This document shows positions 21,398 to 31,959 of a stretch of 64,000 nucleotides of DNA, in pieces (the stretch's first letter is position 1; each line of letters starts with the position of its first letter). The DNA comes from an uncultured Caulobacterales bacterium. GTDB lineage: Bacteria > Pseudomonadota > Alphaproteobacteria > Caulobacterales > Parvularculaceae. Where the stretch lies: assembly GCA_964486635.1 (NCBI GenBank), contig CAZAOB010000001.1:84745-148744 (forward strand). Reading direction: 5' to 3'. Under the pieces are notes generated by a model. The model was not told the origin of the DNA and did not search any database. It saw only the letters and a list, made by a program, of their open reading frames with translations. The translations under genes and the position numbers were made by a program.

Positions 21398-21497
21398 AGA
21401 GTTTATCGTTATTGCTGCTCAGGCTAAGGGCGCCCCACACGAGGCGTAATGACCGCATGGCTCAGCCACACAGGACAATTTCGCTCAATACTGAATA

Positions 21498-22586
21498 TCA
21501 GTCTCGGCCGGATTCCGCTCTGGAACGCAAAAAACCCTTTGGAGTCAATCCATTCCAGTCTTTGAACGCCCTGTTGAACGCTCGCACCTCCGAAAAGCCG
21601 AGCGCTTCTGACACCTCCGAGAGTGGCTGATCGGCCACAATCATTCGCTTGGCGGTCTCATTCAGCACTTCCCGCCGAAGGTCTCGAAAGCTCGCATTCT
21701 CGTCGCTTAAACGCCGGCGCAGCGTTGCGACGCTAATGCCCATCTGGGCCGCGACATCGCCTTGCTCGACAACGCCGCGGGATAACGCATCACGTACAGC
21801 GCTGAGCGTCGATTGCATGTGTTGACTCTGCGCGTAGCGCCCAGCGACGACGTCCATGATCTTCTGGTAAACCGCGTTGGCGGTGAGCGCTTCGGCAGAC
21901 GGCAGTTTGATGGGCTGCGATGCAATATCGCGATCAAACGAAACTTTGTAGAGATCGGCTCCAAACTTGATGGGTGCATCCCAATAGCCCAAATGCCCGC
22001 ACTCGCCACCTGGCGAAGGTCTACGAATTTGAAGGCCCAATATCGCATTTCGGGATGCGGGTAGCACAATCATCAGCATACAATGCAAAAATATTAAAAT
22101 GCACTCGATCTGAAAATAGATAAACTCGGCGCTTTGCTGTCCTGCGTAGGGAAATGCGCGATCATCGATAACATAATCGACCATGGCCTGCCGCTTGATC
22201 ACAGAATTGAATTGGCCTCCGTGCAGCAAGTTATAGGTTCGCGCGATCACCCGCATCACTTCGTACAAGTTTTCGCAATCGACGACATGCTGCAATACGA
22301 AATCGGTACTGCCGGACAGAAGCTGGCGTGAAGACAGGTGCAATGTTTCATCACCAAACAGGATCGAAAGGCGATTTTGCATCCTGTAGTAGTCGGCGAG
22401 GGAAATCGAATGGTGGGGGCCAGGGGACCTCAAGGAAGCCGGCAAGCCGAGTGAGGCGAGCAACTCGTCAACGTTGATGCCCGCAGCCTCGGCCTGCTCA
22501 AGCAGCGGAGTGACCCGTCCTCCAGGAACAGATATCGGAGACCCGGCGGCATCCGCGCCATGCAGCGGGGCGCCTGGCCTTCTCAC
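21498..22586 (-). CDS. AraC-family transcriptional regulator
   Basis: C-terminal double HTH (..VAAQMGISVATLRRRLSDENASFRDL.., ..VSEALGFSEVRAFNRAFKDWNGLTPKGF..). N-terminal ligand-binding-type domain. Confidence 0.85.
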   Translation of the reverse strand: MRRPGAPLHGADAAGSPISVPGGRVTPLLEQAEAAGINVDELLASLGLPASLRSPGPHHSISLADYYRMQNRLSILFGDETLHLSSRQLLSGSTDFVLQHVVDCENLYEVMRVIARTYNLLHGGQFNSVIKRQAMVDYVIDDRAFPYAGQQSAEFIYFQIECILIFLHCMLMIVLPASRNAILGLQIRRPSPGGECGHLGYWDAPIKFGADLYKVSFDRDIASQPIKLPSAEALTANAVYQKIMDVVAGRYAQSQHMQSTLSAVRDALSRGVVEQGDVAAQMGISVATLRRRLSDENASFRDLRREVLNETAKRMIVADQPLSEVSEALGFSEVRAFNRAFKDWNGLTPKGFLRSRAESGRD

Positions 22587-22720
22587 GACCGCCTCCCTGC
22601 ACCGCCATTGCGGCCGCCGACTTTTTTCATCATTCCTATCACCGAAGCAGGATACCGGACTCCGTGGCTCGCGAGCAATGGGGAGGCATACAATAGGAGC
22701 TTTGCAGAAACCTTCTGACC

Positions 22721-25700
22721 TTAAGGCGCCGCAGGCCGAAGCACCTCGTCGAAATTCGACTGCTTCACGCCTTTCACGGTGTAGATAAAGAACCGTCGAA
22801 TGTCCGCACCGATGCTGTAGAGGGCCGGCACAAAGAACAATGTTACAAACAACGCAAACAGCACGCCGAAAGATAACCCCACCCCAACCGGCACCAGAAA
22901 CTTCGCCTGAATGGATCGCTCCATCATCAATGGCATCAATCCGACAAAAGTGGTGATCGACGTTAACAGAATCGGCCGGAAACGCTTGGTCCCCGCCTCT
23001 ACCAACGCCTCTGCGCCGTCCATGCCCTTTTCACGCAGCTTGTTGATGTAGTCGATCAACACAAGATTGTCGTTCACCGCGACCCCCGCAGCCGCCATAA
23101 TCCCCAGATAGGAAAACAGCGACAACGGCAACTCCATAAGCAAGTGCCCGACAATTGCGCCCGTGAAGCAAAATGGAATAGCCGCGAACAGAATGAGCAT
23201 CGGCTCAAAGTAAGACTTGAAAGCCACGGCCACGAGAAAGTATGCGACCCCGATAGCAATCAGCGCAAGTGTTCCGATTTCGGCCATGAACTCAGCCTCA
23301 CCTTGAGCTCGGCCAATGTTCCCGCGCGTAACCGATGGGTGGCGCGCATCAAAATCTGCGAAGAACTCATCAGACAGCGCCGATCGGATTTCTTCTATCC
23401 GGTCGGTCGCGACCTCAGCGCTGACGACAACCGCCCGCTGACGCTCTCTCCGGAGAATGCGCGTAATACCGTCCGCAAACTTTATGTCCGCCACAGTATA
23501 CAAGGGGAGCTCGCGCCCGTCGCTTGTCCGGATGCGCATATTGCGCAAGTGATCGAGCGACTCCCGGTCCGAACGGGGATAGCGGACGAATACGCGGACA
23601 TCCTCGCCGTCTCGCGGCAAACGCTGCACTTCTTCGCCATAAAATCCCTGGCGAATTTGGCGGGCGACGTCAGCCGTTGTAACGCCCAGGGCTTCAGCTC
23701 CGGGCCTTAACTCAAACTGAATTTCATCTGTGGAAGACTGCGTATCATTGACGACATTGTAGACACCGTCGAAGCTGCGCAGCTTGTCCATCAAGTCATC
23801 AGCGGCAGCGTTCAGATTCTCCAGGCTCTTGGAGTTCAGAACGTACTCGATCGGTGGACCATTGTTATTGCTATTGTAATTTACCGAGATCTTCTCGGCG
23901 TCCGGAACATCACCAATCAACACGCGCAAACGTTCCGCTGTTTCCTTGGCCGTCAGCGTTCTCGTTTCAGGCGGCACCAGTTTGACGAGCGCAAGAACCT
24001 GATTGTCACGCGAACGGGTATACCAGTTTTCAATGAGTTCACCCTCGCCGTCAGTTTCAGTATTCACATCGTCGACCAGCTGCTTTTCCGCGACTTGAAT
24101 CTGTTTTAGCACCTCAAGCGTCCGCGCATATGGCGTGCCTTGAGGCAAGTCCACGGTTATTTCGACTTGGTCGGATTCAACCTCAGGGAAAAACGATGTG
24201 CGAACAATCCCGCTCGAAATAAGGCCGATACAGAGGATCATGGCGCCAACGAAGCACGAGGCAGTCAAGTAGCGACGCCTAATTGCAGCGGTGATCGCCG
24301 GTCGATACTTGTTTCGTGCGAACCAGACGACGCTTTCCGCAATCTTTGACTGTAGTCTGATAATTCGACTGTCCGTGCTGACCGGCTTCAGATGCGACAG
24401 ATGGGCGGGCAGGATGAGCAGGGATTCTACAAGCGAGAATGTCAGCGCAAGTATCACAACAAGAGATATAGCCCTCGTGAACTCAGCGGTTCCCCCACCA
24501 ACAAACATCCAGGGTGCAAAGAAAATCATTGTCGTGAGTACGGCGAATATCACCGGCATGATGACCATTTTAGCGCCGCTGGTCGCCGCCGACACGCCCG
24601 TTTCGCCATCCTCCATCTTGGAGTGGATCGCTTCTCCAACAATGATGGCGTCATCCACTATGACGCCGATCACCAACAGGAATGCGAAGCTGGAGATCAT
24701 GTTGAAGGAAACGCCAAACATTGGCAGCAAAGCGATTCCGCCGGCAAAGGCGACTGCGATGCCAATGGACACCCACATGGCGATGACAGGCCTCAGGAAG
24801 AGCATCAGAACGATCAGCACAAGCACCAGACCAGAGACGAAATTCGATGCAATGGTGCCAATCCGTCCGGCATACGTGTCGGACGCATCCTCCCACAATG
24901 TCAGCGTCACCCCCTGAGGCGTGTTGGCGCGTTCCTTTTCAAGATACCCGTTCACCTCGTGGGACAGCTTGATGATATCCATTTGAGGGCCGCTCATGAC
25001 CTGCACCAGAACCGTGCGTTGCCCGTTTACTGTCGCGAGCAGGTTGACCTCCTCAAACCCGTCTTTAACTGTCGCGACATCGCTAAGGCGGACCACCGCG
25101 CCGCTGCCCAGCTGACGAACAATGATGTTTGAAAAGTCCGCGCTTGAATCAGCGAGCTTGCGGGCGCGTAGCTGTACGTCGCCGATGTCGGTGCGAACGT
25201 TGCCAGCCGAGAGATTGACTGAGCCGCCGCGAACAGCATCGACAACCTCCGACAGAGTCATGCCGTATCGGCGAAGTGCGTTCTCTGAAACTTCGATCGA
25301 TACTTCTTCGTTTCTTACGCCAAACAGCTCTACAGACGGCACATGCGGGAGCATCGCAATTTCACGGCGAATTTTCTCGGCATAGCGTTTAAGCACACGC
25401 TCATCGACGTCACCGGAAACGGCAATTCGAACAATTTCGTCCTGGCTTCTGAACAGACGCAATTGCGCCGGTTCCGCGGAGTCTGGAAACGTATTGATCG
25501 AGTCAATTTCACGTTTCAGATCTTGAAGAAACTTTGTCTCGTCGAGGTCGTCATCCCCGATGACAAATAGATTTCCCTGCCCTTCATTGGCCTCCGACCA
25601 AAGCTGTTTGATGCCCTTTACGCGACTGACAGCCTCCTCAAGGCGAACCACAAGCTGTTCTTCAACATCCTGCGGCGAGGCGCCGGGCCAAGCCACGCTG

Positions 25701-25843
25701 ATCTGTGCGCCGGGAAATTCAACATAGGGATCGAGCTCACGCTCAATTCGGAAGAATCCGATGACGCCGGCAATCAGAATGCCAAACATCAAAAGATTGG
25801 CCGCAACCTTGTTGTTCGCCCACCAATCGACAATTCCGTTCAT
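22721..25843 (-). CDS. RND-family efflux permease (AcrB/HAE-type)
   Basis: 1040-aa, 12-TM plus two large periplasmic loops. Conserved RND motifs (..GVIVDDAIIVGE.., ..GVAVNDNLVLIDY..). Confidence 0.95.
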   Translation of the reverse strand: MNGIVDWWANNKVAANLLMFGILIAGVIGFFRIERELDPYVEFPGAQISVAWPGASPQDVEEQLVVRLEEAVSRVKGIKQLWSEANEGQGNLFVIGDDDLDETKFLQDLKREIDSINTFPDSAEPAQLRLFRSQDEIVRIAVSGDVDERVLKRYAEKIRREIAMLPHVPSVELFGVRNEEVSIEVSENALRRYGMTLSEVVDAVRGGSVNLSAGNVRTDIGDVQLRARKLADSSADFSNIIVRQLGSGAVVRLSDVATVKDGFEEVNLLATVNGQRTVLVQVMSGPQMDIIKLSHEVNGYLEKERANTPQGVTLTLWEDASDTYAGRIGTIASNFVSGLVLVLIVLMLFLRPVIAMWVSIGIAVAFAGGIALLPMFGVSFNMISSFAFLLVIGVIVDDAIIVGEAIHSKMEDGETGVSAATSGAKMVIMPVIFAVLTTMIFFAPWMFVGGGTAEFTRAISLVVILALTFSLVESLLILPAHLSHLKPVSTDSRIIRLQSKIAESVVWFARNKYRPAITAAIRRRYLTASCFVGAMILCIGLISSGIVRTSFFPEVESDQVEITVDLPQGTPYARTLEVLKQIQVAEKQLVDDVNTETDGEGELIENWYTRSRDNQVLALVKLVPPETRTLTAKETAERLRVLIGDVPDAEKISVNYNSNNNGPPIEYVLNSKSLENLNAAADDLMDKLRSFDGVYNVVNDTQSSTDEIQFELRPGAEALGVTTADVARQIRQGFYGEEVQRLPRDGEDVRVFVRYPRSDRESLDHLRNMRIRTSDGRELPLYTVADIKFADGITRILRRERQRAVVVSAEVATDRIEEIRSALSDEFFADFDARHPSVTRGNIGRAQGEAEFMAEIGTLALIAIGVAYFLVAVAFKSYFEPMLILFAAIPFCFTGAIVGHLLMELPLSLFSYLGIMAAAGVAVNDNLVLIDYINKLREKGMDGAEALVEAGTKRFRPILLTSITTFVGLMPLMMERSIQAKFLVPVGVGLSFGVLFALFVTLFFVPALYSIGADIRRFFIYTVKGVKQSNFDEVLRPAAP

Positions 25844-25854
25844 GGCTGCGCTCC

Positions 25855-27102
25855 CTAGTTCGACACATCTGCGTCATTGCTGGCGAGGGTCTCAGCGGGC
25901 GGCCCGGAAATGGCGAGTTCAATTCCATCTGCAGCGCCGCGGACGGGAGAAATAATCACCCGCTCTCCGGGAAGCACGCCGCCTGTCAGAACAACGCGGG
26001 ACCGAGACGATGTCGCCACGTTGACGCGACGAATTTCAAGCGTGTCGTTTTCCCTGGCGATGTACATTTCGTCGACGCCGCGCAACGCTGCGCGCGGCAC
26101 GACTACAGCATTGTCTATATCGCGGCCTTCCGCTTCGACGGTTACGAACAACCCGTCGGCCAACGGTGCGCCGCGATCAGCGCCCGCACCGTATGCATCG
26201 GAGACTTCGACATAAGCAAACAGCACTCGTGTCTCGCGATCATAGCCGCTGTCCGTGCGCGCCAGTCTGCCACGCCAGACGCGTGGCTCACCCGCGACGA
26301 GTGCTGAGAGCACTGCTTGAGGCCCCGGGTTGCTCTCGGATTCGCGGAAGCCAACCTGCAGGCCCAACTGCCCAAGCTCAGAATCGGTCAAAGGAAGCGC
26401 GACTTCCATGATGTCGGTCGAAAAAATCTCACCGAGCTGCATGCCGGGTGTTACGTACTCGCCCATGTCCACGACTTTGCTGCGAATACGCCCCTTGAAT
26501 GGCGCTCTTATGCTGGTGCGCGCCAACTGCAACTCCGCCTCACGCAGCACAGCCTCTGCTGACGCAAGCTGTGCGGCGGCTTCAGCCATTTGAGGCTCAC
26601 GCAAAGCGAGCGGCGATCCGGCACCGCGTCCAAGCTCTTCCCAGTCTTTGCGGGCAATCTTTGTTTCCGCTTCTTCGCTGGCAAATCTGCTGCGCGCTTG
26701 CGCGACATTGGACTTCGCCTGAATGACACGAAATTCGTATTCAGAGGCTTCAATTCGAACCAGGACATCACCCGCTTCGAATTCACCGCCCTCTATGAAA
26801 TCCGGAGAAACGTAGCTGATTTTCCCCGACACCTGGGACGAAAGATTTATTTCCTTCCGCGGCCGTACTTCACCCTGCGCGGTCACAGTCAATCGCGCGT
26901 GTTCGGCGACCGCTTCCGTCACGACGACCGGCGTCGCCTTCACCGACTCTTCTTTTTCTTCCGGCTTCGGCTTGAACGCGCTCATCGCGATATTGCCGCC
27001 GACTGCCGCCACCAGCACGACAGCCGGGAGCGCAAACACCAAAAGTCGCCGCACTGCGAGACCGACATCCGCTGGCTTTTTTATTTGTAAACGGCTCATC
27101 AT
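25855..27102 (-). CDS. RND efflux periplasmic adaptor (membrane-fusion protein)
   Basis: N-terminal TM anchor, lipoyl/hairpin region (..GDVLVRIE..YE..V.QA..) and beta-barrel C-terminus. Lies 11 nt upstream of the RND permease. Confidence 0.9.
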   Translation of the reverse strand: MMSRLQIKKPADVGLAVRRLLVFALPAVVLVAAVGGNIAMSAFKPKPEEKEESVKATPVVVTEAVAEHARLTVTAQGEVRPRKEINLSSQVSGKISYVSPDFIEGGEFEAGDVLVRIEASEYEFRVIQAKSNVAQARSRFASEEAETKIARKDWEELGRGAGSPLALREPQMAEAAAQLASAEAVLREAELQLARTSIRAPFKGRIRSKVVDMGEYVTPGMQLGEIFSTDIMEVALPLTDSELGQLGLQVGFRESESNPGPQAVLSALVAGEPRVWRGRLARTDSGYDRETRVLFAYVEVSDAYGAGADRGAPLADGLFVTVEAEGRDIDNAVVVPRAALRGVDEMYIARENDTLEIRRVNVATSSRSRVVLTGGVLPGERVIISPVRGAADGIELAISGPPAETLASNDADVSN

Positions 27103-27413
27103 CGTTTCACCTTGCTACGCCTTATGCGCCGCAAGCGACCAGGGATCCGGATTCAATCGATGAGAGTTCGATTTGCTAGCGTTTGCCCCGTCTTCTTGCT
27201 GGCGGCTGTTTTTGATCCTGCGTGGGCGCTTTCTCTGTTCGCCTTCAACAGCTCCAATGTCGGACTGATGAAGGGCCAAGGCTAGTAGCCGAATCGCTGC
27301 TTCTGCGCGTCCCGCCGCCCTTCCCGCACGGTTCGTCTAATTTTGCAGGCAGTTAATTCTTTGTGAGCGCTACCCACGACGGCGCGCGCTCGTGTGGGGT
27401 GTCCCTCATGGTC

Positions 27414-27443
27414 AAAAAAAAAGCGGCCCCAAAATGGGGCCGC
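27414..27443 (-). terminator. Rho-independent terminator after the second TonB-dependent receptor gene
   Basis: On the minus strand: GCGGCCCC-ATTTT-GGGGCCGC followed by a run of 9 T (plus strand A-run 27414-27422), 36 nt after the stop at 27479. Confidence 0.85.
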
Positions 27444-27478
27444 TTTCAGAGCTCGATTTAGCCTGTTTCAGGCTGACG

Positions 27479-30091
27479 TTAGAACTTCTTGCGGATGGTC
27501 ACGCCATAGGTGCGCGGCTCGTTTGTGTAGCCCGAAGCCGAACCCGTTTGCGCAACGGTCGGGAAGCCTTGCAGGAAGTACTCGTCATCAGTGAGGTTAC
27601 GCGCCCACGCAATAACCTGGAAGCCATTTGAATACTCGAGGCCTACCGACGCATTGAGCACATTCACTTCGCGAGTGATGCTGGACGGAATGTTCTCAAT
27701 CAACGGCACCTCTGATTCCCACAGATACTCTGCGCGAATGAACGCACGGTTGTCGTTTCCGAACTCATGCTCGTAAGTCGCCGAAGTCGAAATCGAGAAC
27801 TCGTGGACCCCCGGAACGCGGGTGCCGGACAGATCGCGGAACGCCTCTCCCATGCCGCAATTGACGACGTCGAACGGCGTACAGCCTGCACCCGTGAAGG
27901 ACACGTATTCCGGATCGAGATAGGTCAATCCGAATGTCAGCGTAAGCGGATCGACCGGGCTATAGAGCGATTCAACTTCAAAGCCGCGGCTCTTCTGCTC
28001 ACCGGCGTTGGCGAGGTCAAACCCGACACCGTTGAAGACGTTCGACTGGAAGCCCTCAATCGTCTGGTCAAACAGTGCGATGTTGATGTAACCACCGTCG
28101 AAGCTGGCTTTCAGACCAATTTCGAACAGCTCGACGTCTTCCGGAAGCGCGACACGGCCGAGGCCTGACGCATCTGTCGGCGGACGCGAGTCCGAAGACA
28201 GGTTGAACGCGCCAGCTTTCCAGCCCACCGAGTAAGTGAAGTACGCGTTCACATTGTCGGTCACGTCATAGGCGAGACGCGCTGTGTAGTTGATGTTGTC
28301 ATCCTCAAGGCGGCCCGTATCAAACGGGTTGCCTGCGTCCGGGAAATTGACTTGAGGCGCGAAGAACTGGATCGCACCGAGCGCCGCCAGCGGGTTCGGA
28401 GCCGCAGCCGCCGTACCCAAAGCAGTCTGTTGCGCAACGCCAAATCCCATCGGATCGAAGAACGCCCAAGTCAGCGCTGGAGTGATAAACGCGGCAGGGT
28501 TTGCCGGATCGAACAGGACCGGTCCGCCATACGCGCCAGGGATCATCCCACCGAGAACTGTGGCGGCAACGAAGGACTGGCCGGCCGCATCAACGTCAAA
28601 AAGCGACACAAAGTCGGTCAGCGTGCTCGTACCGACAACATCCTTTTTGTCCTTGATGTACGAGACGCCGCCCGTAATCGTCAGACGGTCCGTGAGTTCG
28701 AAGTCAGCTTGCGCGAAGAAAGAGTAGGACTGGTTGTCCATCTGGTAGTCGCCGAAGACACCTGTACCCGGCGTAAACGAGGCGCCGAACGGGACAGGCT
28801 GAATTGGGCCAAGTGTCGGAAACACTGCCGTCATCGGATCTGTGGTCAAAGCGAAAGCAACTTGCGATGCGCCTTCAAACTCAAGAATGCTGGAACCGCC
28901 TGCCTGCAACAGCAAGTCGATGTTCGCACGTTCCTGCGCTCCAAACGTGACGTCGCGCTGGAAGTCGATGCTTTCATCGAAGAAAAACGCGCCAACCAGC
29001 CAGTCGAAACGATTGTCGCCGGTTGAGGCCAGACGAATTTCCTGCGTGAACGTGTTGTATTCGCGGAATTGCGGGTTGCGTGCGAGATCAGCGCCGGAGA
29101 AGTCGACGTCAGTCTGCGTGTCGTCGGTCTGCTCACGATATGCAGTGATCGACGTAAGCTGTGCGCCGCCGAGATCCCAGTCCGCCTGCAGCGATCCGCC
29201 CCAGGATTCGAGACGGTTCGTCGTCGTCGTATCAAGCGCTACGTCGCGAGAGAACGGGTCGGTTCCGTCAGTGATTTCTTCGCCCAGACCGAATGGCGGC
29301 GGTGCGCCAATGAGCTGCGTGGCGGGGCCGTTGATGATGGTCACAGCGCCACAGCAAACTTCATCAATCTTGTTGTAGTCGCCGATCGCACGGAACGACA
29401 GCACGTCGCTAGGCTCCCAAAGCAATTGGCCGCGAACCGCGAAGCGATTGCGATTGTTTTGCTGAGTTCCGTCAACGATGTTGTTGTAGTAGCCGTCGCG
29501 CTTGTTGGCGCTGCCGGACAGACGGAACGCCACTGTATCAGAAAGCGGTCCAGTGATCGTGCCGCGGAAGAGCATTTGATCGTAGTTGCCGTAAGAAGCT
29601 TCGACACTACCGCCGAGCTCAAATTCAGGCAGCTTGGTAGAGATCGAGATTGCGCCGGCTGAAGTGTTCTTGCCGAACAGAGTGGACTGAGGACCGCGCA
29701 GAACTTCGACCCGGTCCAGAACCGGAAGGTCGAGAATGGCCGCCGCGGAACGCGAGCGATAAACGCCGTCGATAAAGACGCCAACCGACGGTTCGATGCC
29801 CGGGTTGTTGGCGCCGTTGCCGAAGCCGCGAATAGTGAATGTCGTCTGCGAAGAGTTCTGCAACTGGTTGATGCGCAGCGACGGAACACTCGTCTGGAGG
29901 TCAATAAGGTCTTTGATATTCGACCGCTCAATTACCTCGGCGCCGACGACGCTGACCGCGCTCTGCACTTCCTGCAGCGTCTGCGGACGCTTGGTGGCCG
30001 TCACGATGATCGTGTCGTCCTGTGCGAATGCTGGCGCCGTCACCGCCGCGATCGCCGCAGACGTACCTAGCAAAAACCCTTTTTTCGACAT
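27479..30091 (-). CDS. TonB-dependent outer-membrane receptor
   Basis: Signal peptide MSKKGFLLGTSAAIAAVTAPAFA, plug motifs (..IIVTATKRPQTLQEVQSAVSV.., ..VEVLRGPQSTLFGKNTSAG..), C-terminal ..YGVTIRKKF. Confidence 0.9.
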   Translation of the reverse strand: MSKKGFLLGTSAAIAAVTAPAFAQDDTIIVTATKRPQTLQEVQSAVSVVGAEVIERSNIKDLIDLQTSVPSLRINQLQNSSQTTFTIRGFGNGANNPGIEPSVGVFIDGVYRSRSAAAILDLPVLDRVEVLRGPQSTLFGKNTSAGAISISTKLPEFELGGSVEASYGNYDQMLFRGTITGPLSDTVAFRLSGSANKRDGYYNNIVDGTQQNNRNRFAVRGQLLWEPSDVLSFRAIGDYNKIDEVCCGAVTIINGPATQLIGAPPPFGLGEEITDGTDPFSRDVALDTTTTNRLESWGGSLQADWDLGGAQLTSITAYREQTDDTQTDVDFSGADLARNPQFREYNTFTQEIRLASTGDNRFDWLVGAFFFDESIDFQRDVTFGAQERANIDLLLQAGGSSILEFEGASQVAFALTTDPMTAVFPTLGPIQPVPFGASFTPGTGVFGDYQMDNQSYSFFAQADFELTDRLTITGGVSYIKDKKDVVGTSTLTDFVSLFDVDAAGQSFVAATVLGGMIPGAYGGPVLFDPANPAAFITPALTWAFFDPMGFGVAQQTALGTAAAAPNPLAALGAIQFFAPQVNFPDAGNPFDTGRLEDDNINYTARLAYDVTDNVNAYFTYSVGWKAGAFNLSSDSRPPTDASGLGRVALPEDVELFEIGLKASFDGGYINIALFDQTIEGFQSNVFNGVGFDLANAGEQKSRGFEVESLYSPVDPLTLTFGLTYLDPEYVSFTGAGCTPFDVVNCGMGEAFRDLSGTRVPGVHEFSISTSATYEHEFGNDNRAFIRAEYLWESEVPLIENIPSSITREVNVLNASVGLEYSNGFQVIAWARNLTDDEYFLQGFPTVAQTGSASGYTNEPRTYGVTIRKKF

Positions 30092-30507
30092 TTAATGCCT
30101 CCCTCAACTTAACCCTGGTTATGGACTCGTGCGCCGCTCGCACTTTTTTGAATTCTTCTCGCAATTTACACGCGTTATCGGGACCAACTCTAGCGGATAT
30201 CCACACGATTCGGCTTTTCGCAGCCTTTCGTGTCAAGTTTACCACAGAGTTTACCGGTCACTTGCCCGACTAACGCTATCAATTCCCGCCGCTCAGGGTG
30301 AGTCCCTTAGGCAGCTCGCGGGTGGGAATATCATGCAAGTTTATACCATTCGTTAACAGCAAAGGCTGTGCCTCCTCTTCGGCCTTGCTGCTAAGCCATT
30401 GAAATCTGGTCGATTGGAGTCTCGACCAATAACGTCATGGTTAATGATCAGCTGCCTTGATACGCCGGACGTCGAGCTCCGCCGTCAGACGCGGCAGCAT
30501 TTCGCTA

Positions 30508-31929
<1,422 letters not shown>

Positions 31930-31959
31930 TCAACTCCTTTCGAGATTAGCGGGCGCAAA

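Noticed and set aside
22721-27102. Possibility that the nearby membrane-fusion and transporter genes are the secretion system for the RTX protease.
   Set aside because: The permease is a 12-TM RND (AcrB-like) protein, not an ABC exporter with ATP-binding motifs, and it lies 19 kb away with an AraC-linked uptake cluster.
27103-27413. 311-bp non-coding stretch upstream of the RND adaptor gene, as a possible missing TetR-type regulator gene or sRNA.
   Set aside because: Only very short ORFs are present (e.g. 18 codons on the minus strand), with no HTH-like translation in any frame and nothing beyond promoter-sized space plus the neighbouring terminator. There is insufficient evidence to call a feature.
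30092-30507. Possible riboswitch (cobalamin or TPP) in the long leader of the TonB-dependent receptor gene.
   Set aside because: I could not find the B12 box (..AGYCMGgAgaCCkGCc.. / GCCACTG) or the TPP CUGAGA...ACCUGAUCUGGAUAAUGCCAGCG core on either strand. Only generic hairpins and the 8-bp direct repeat reported separately are present. An Rfam scan would settle it.
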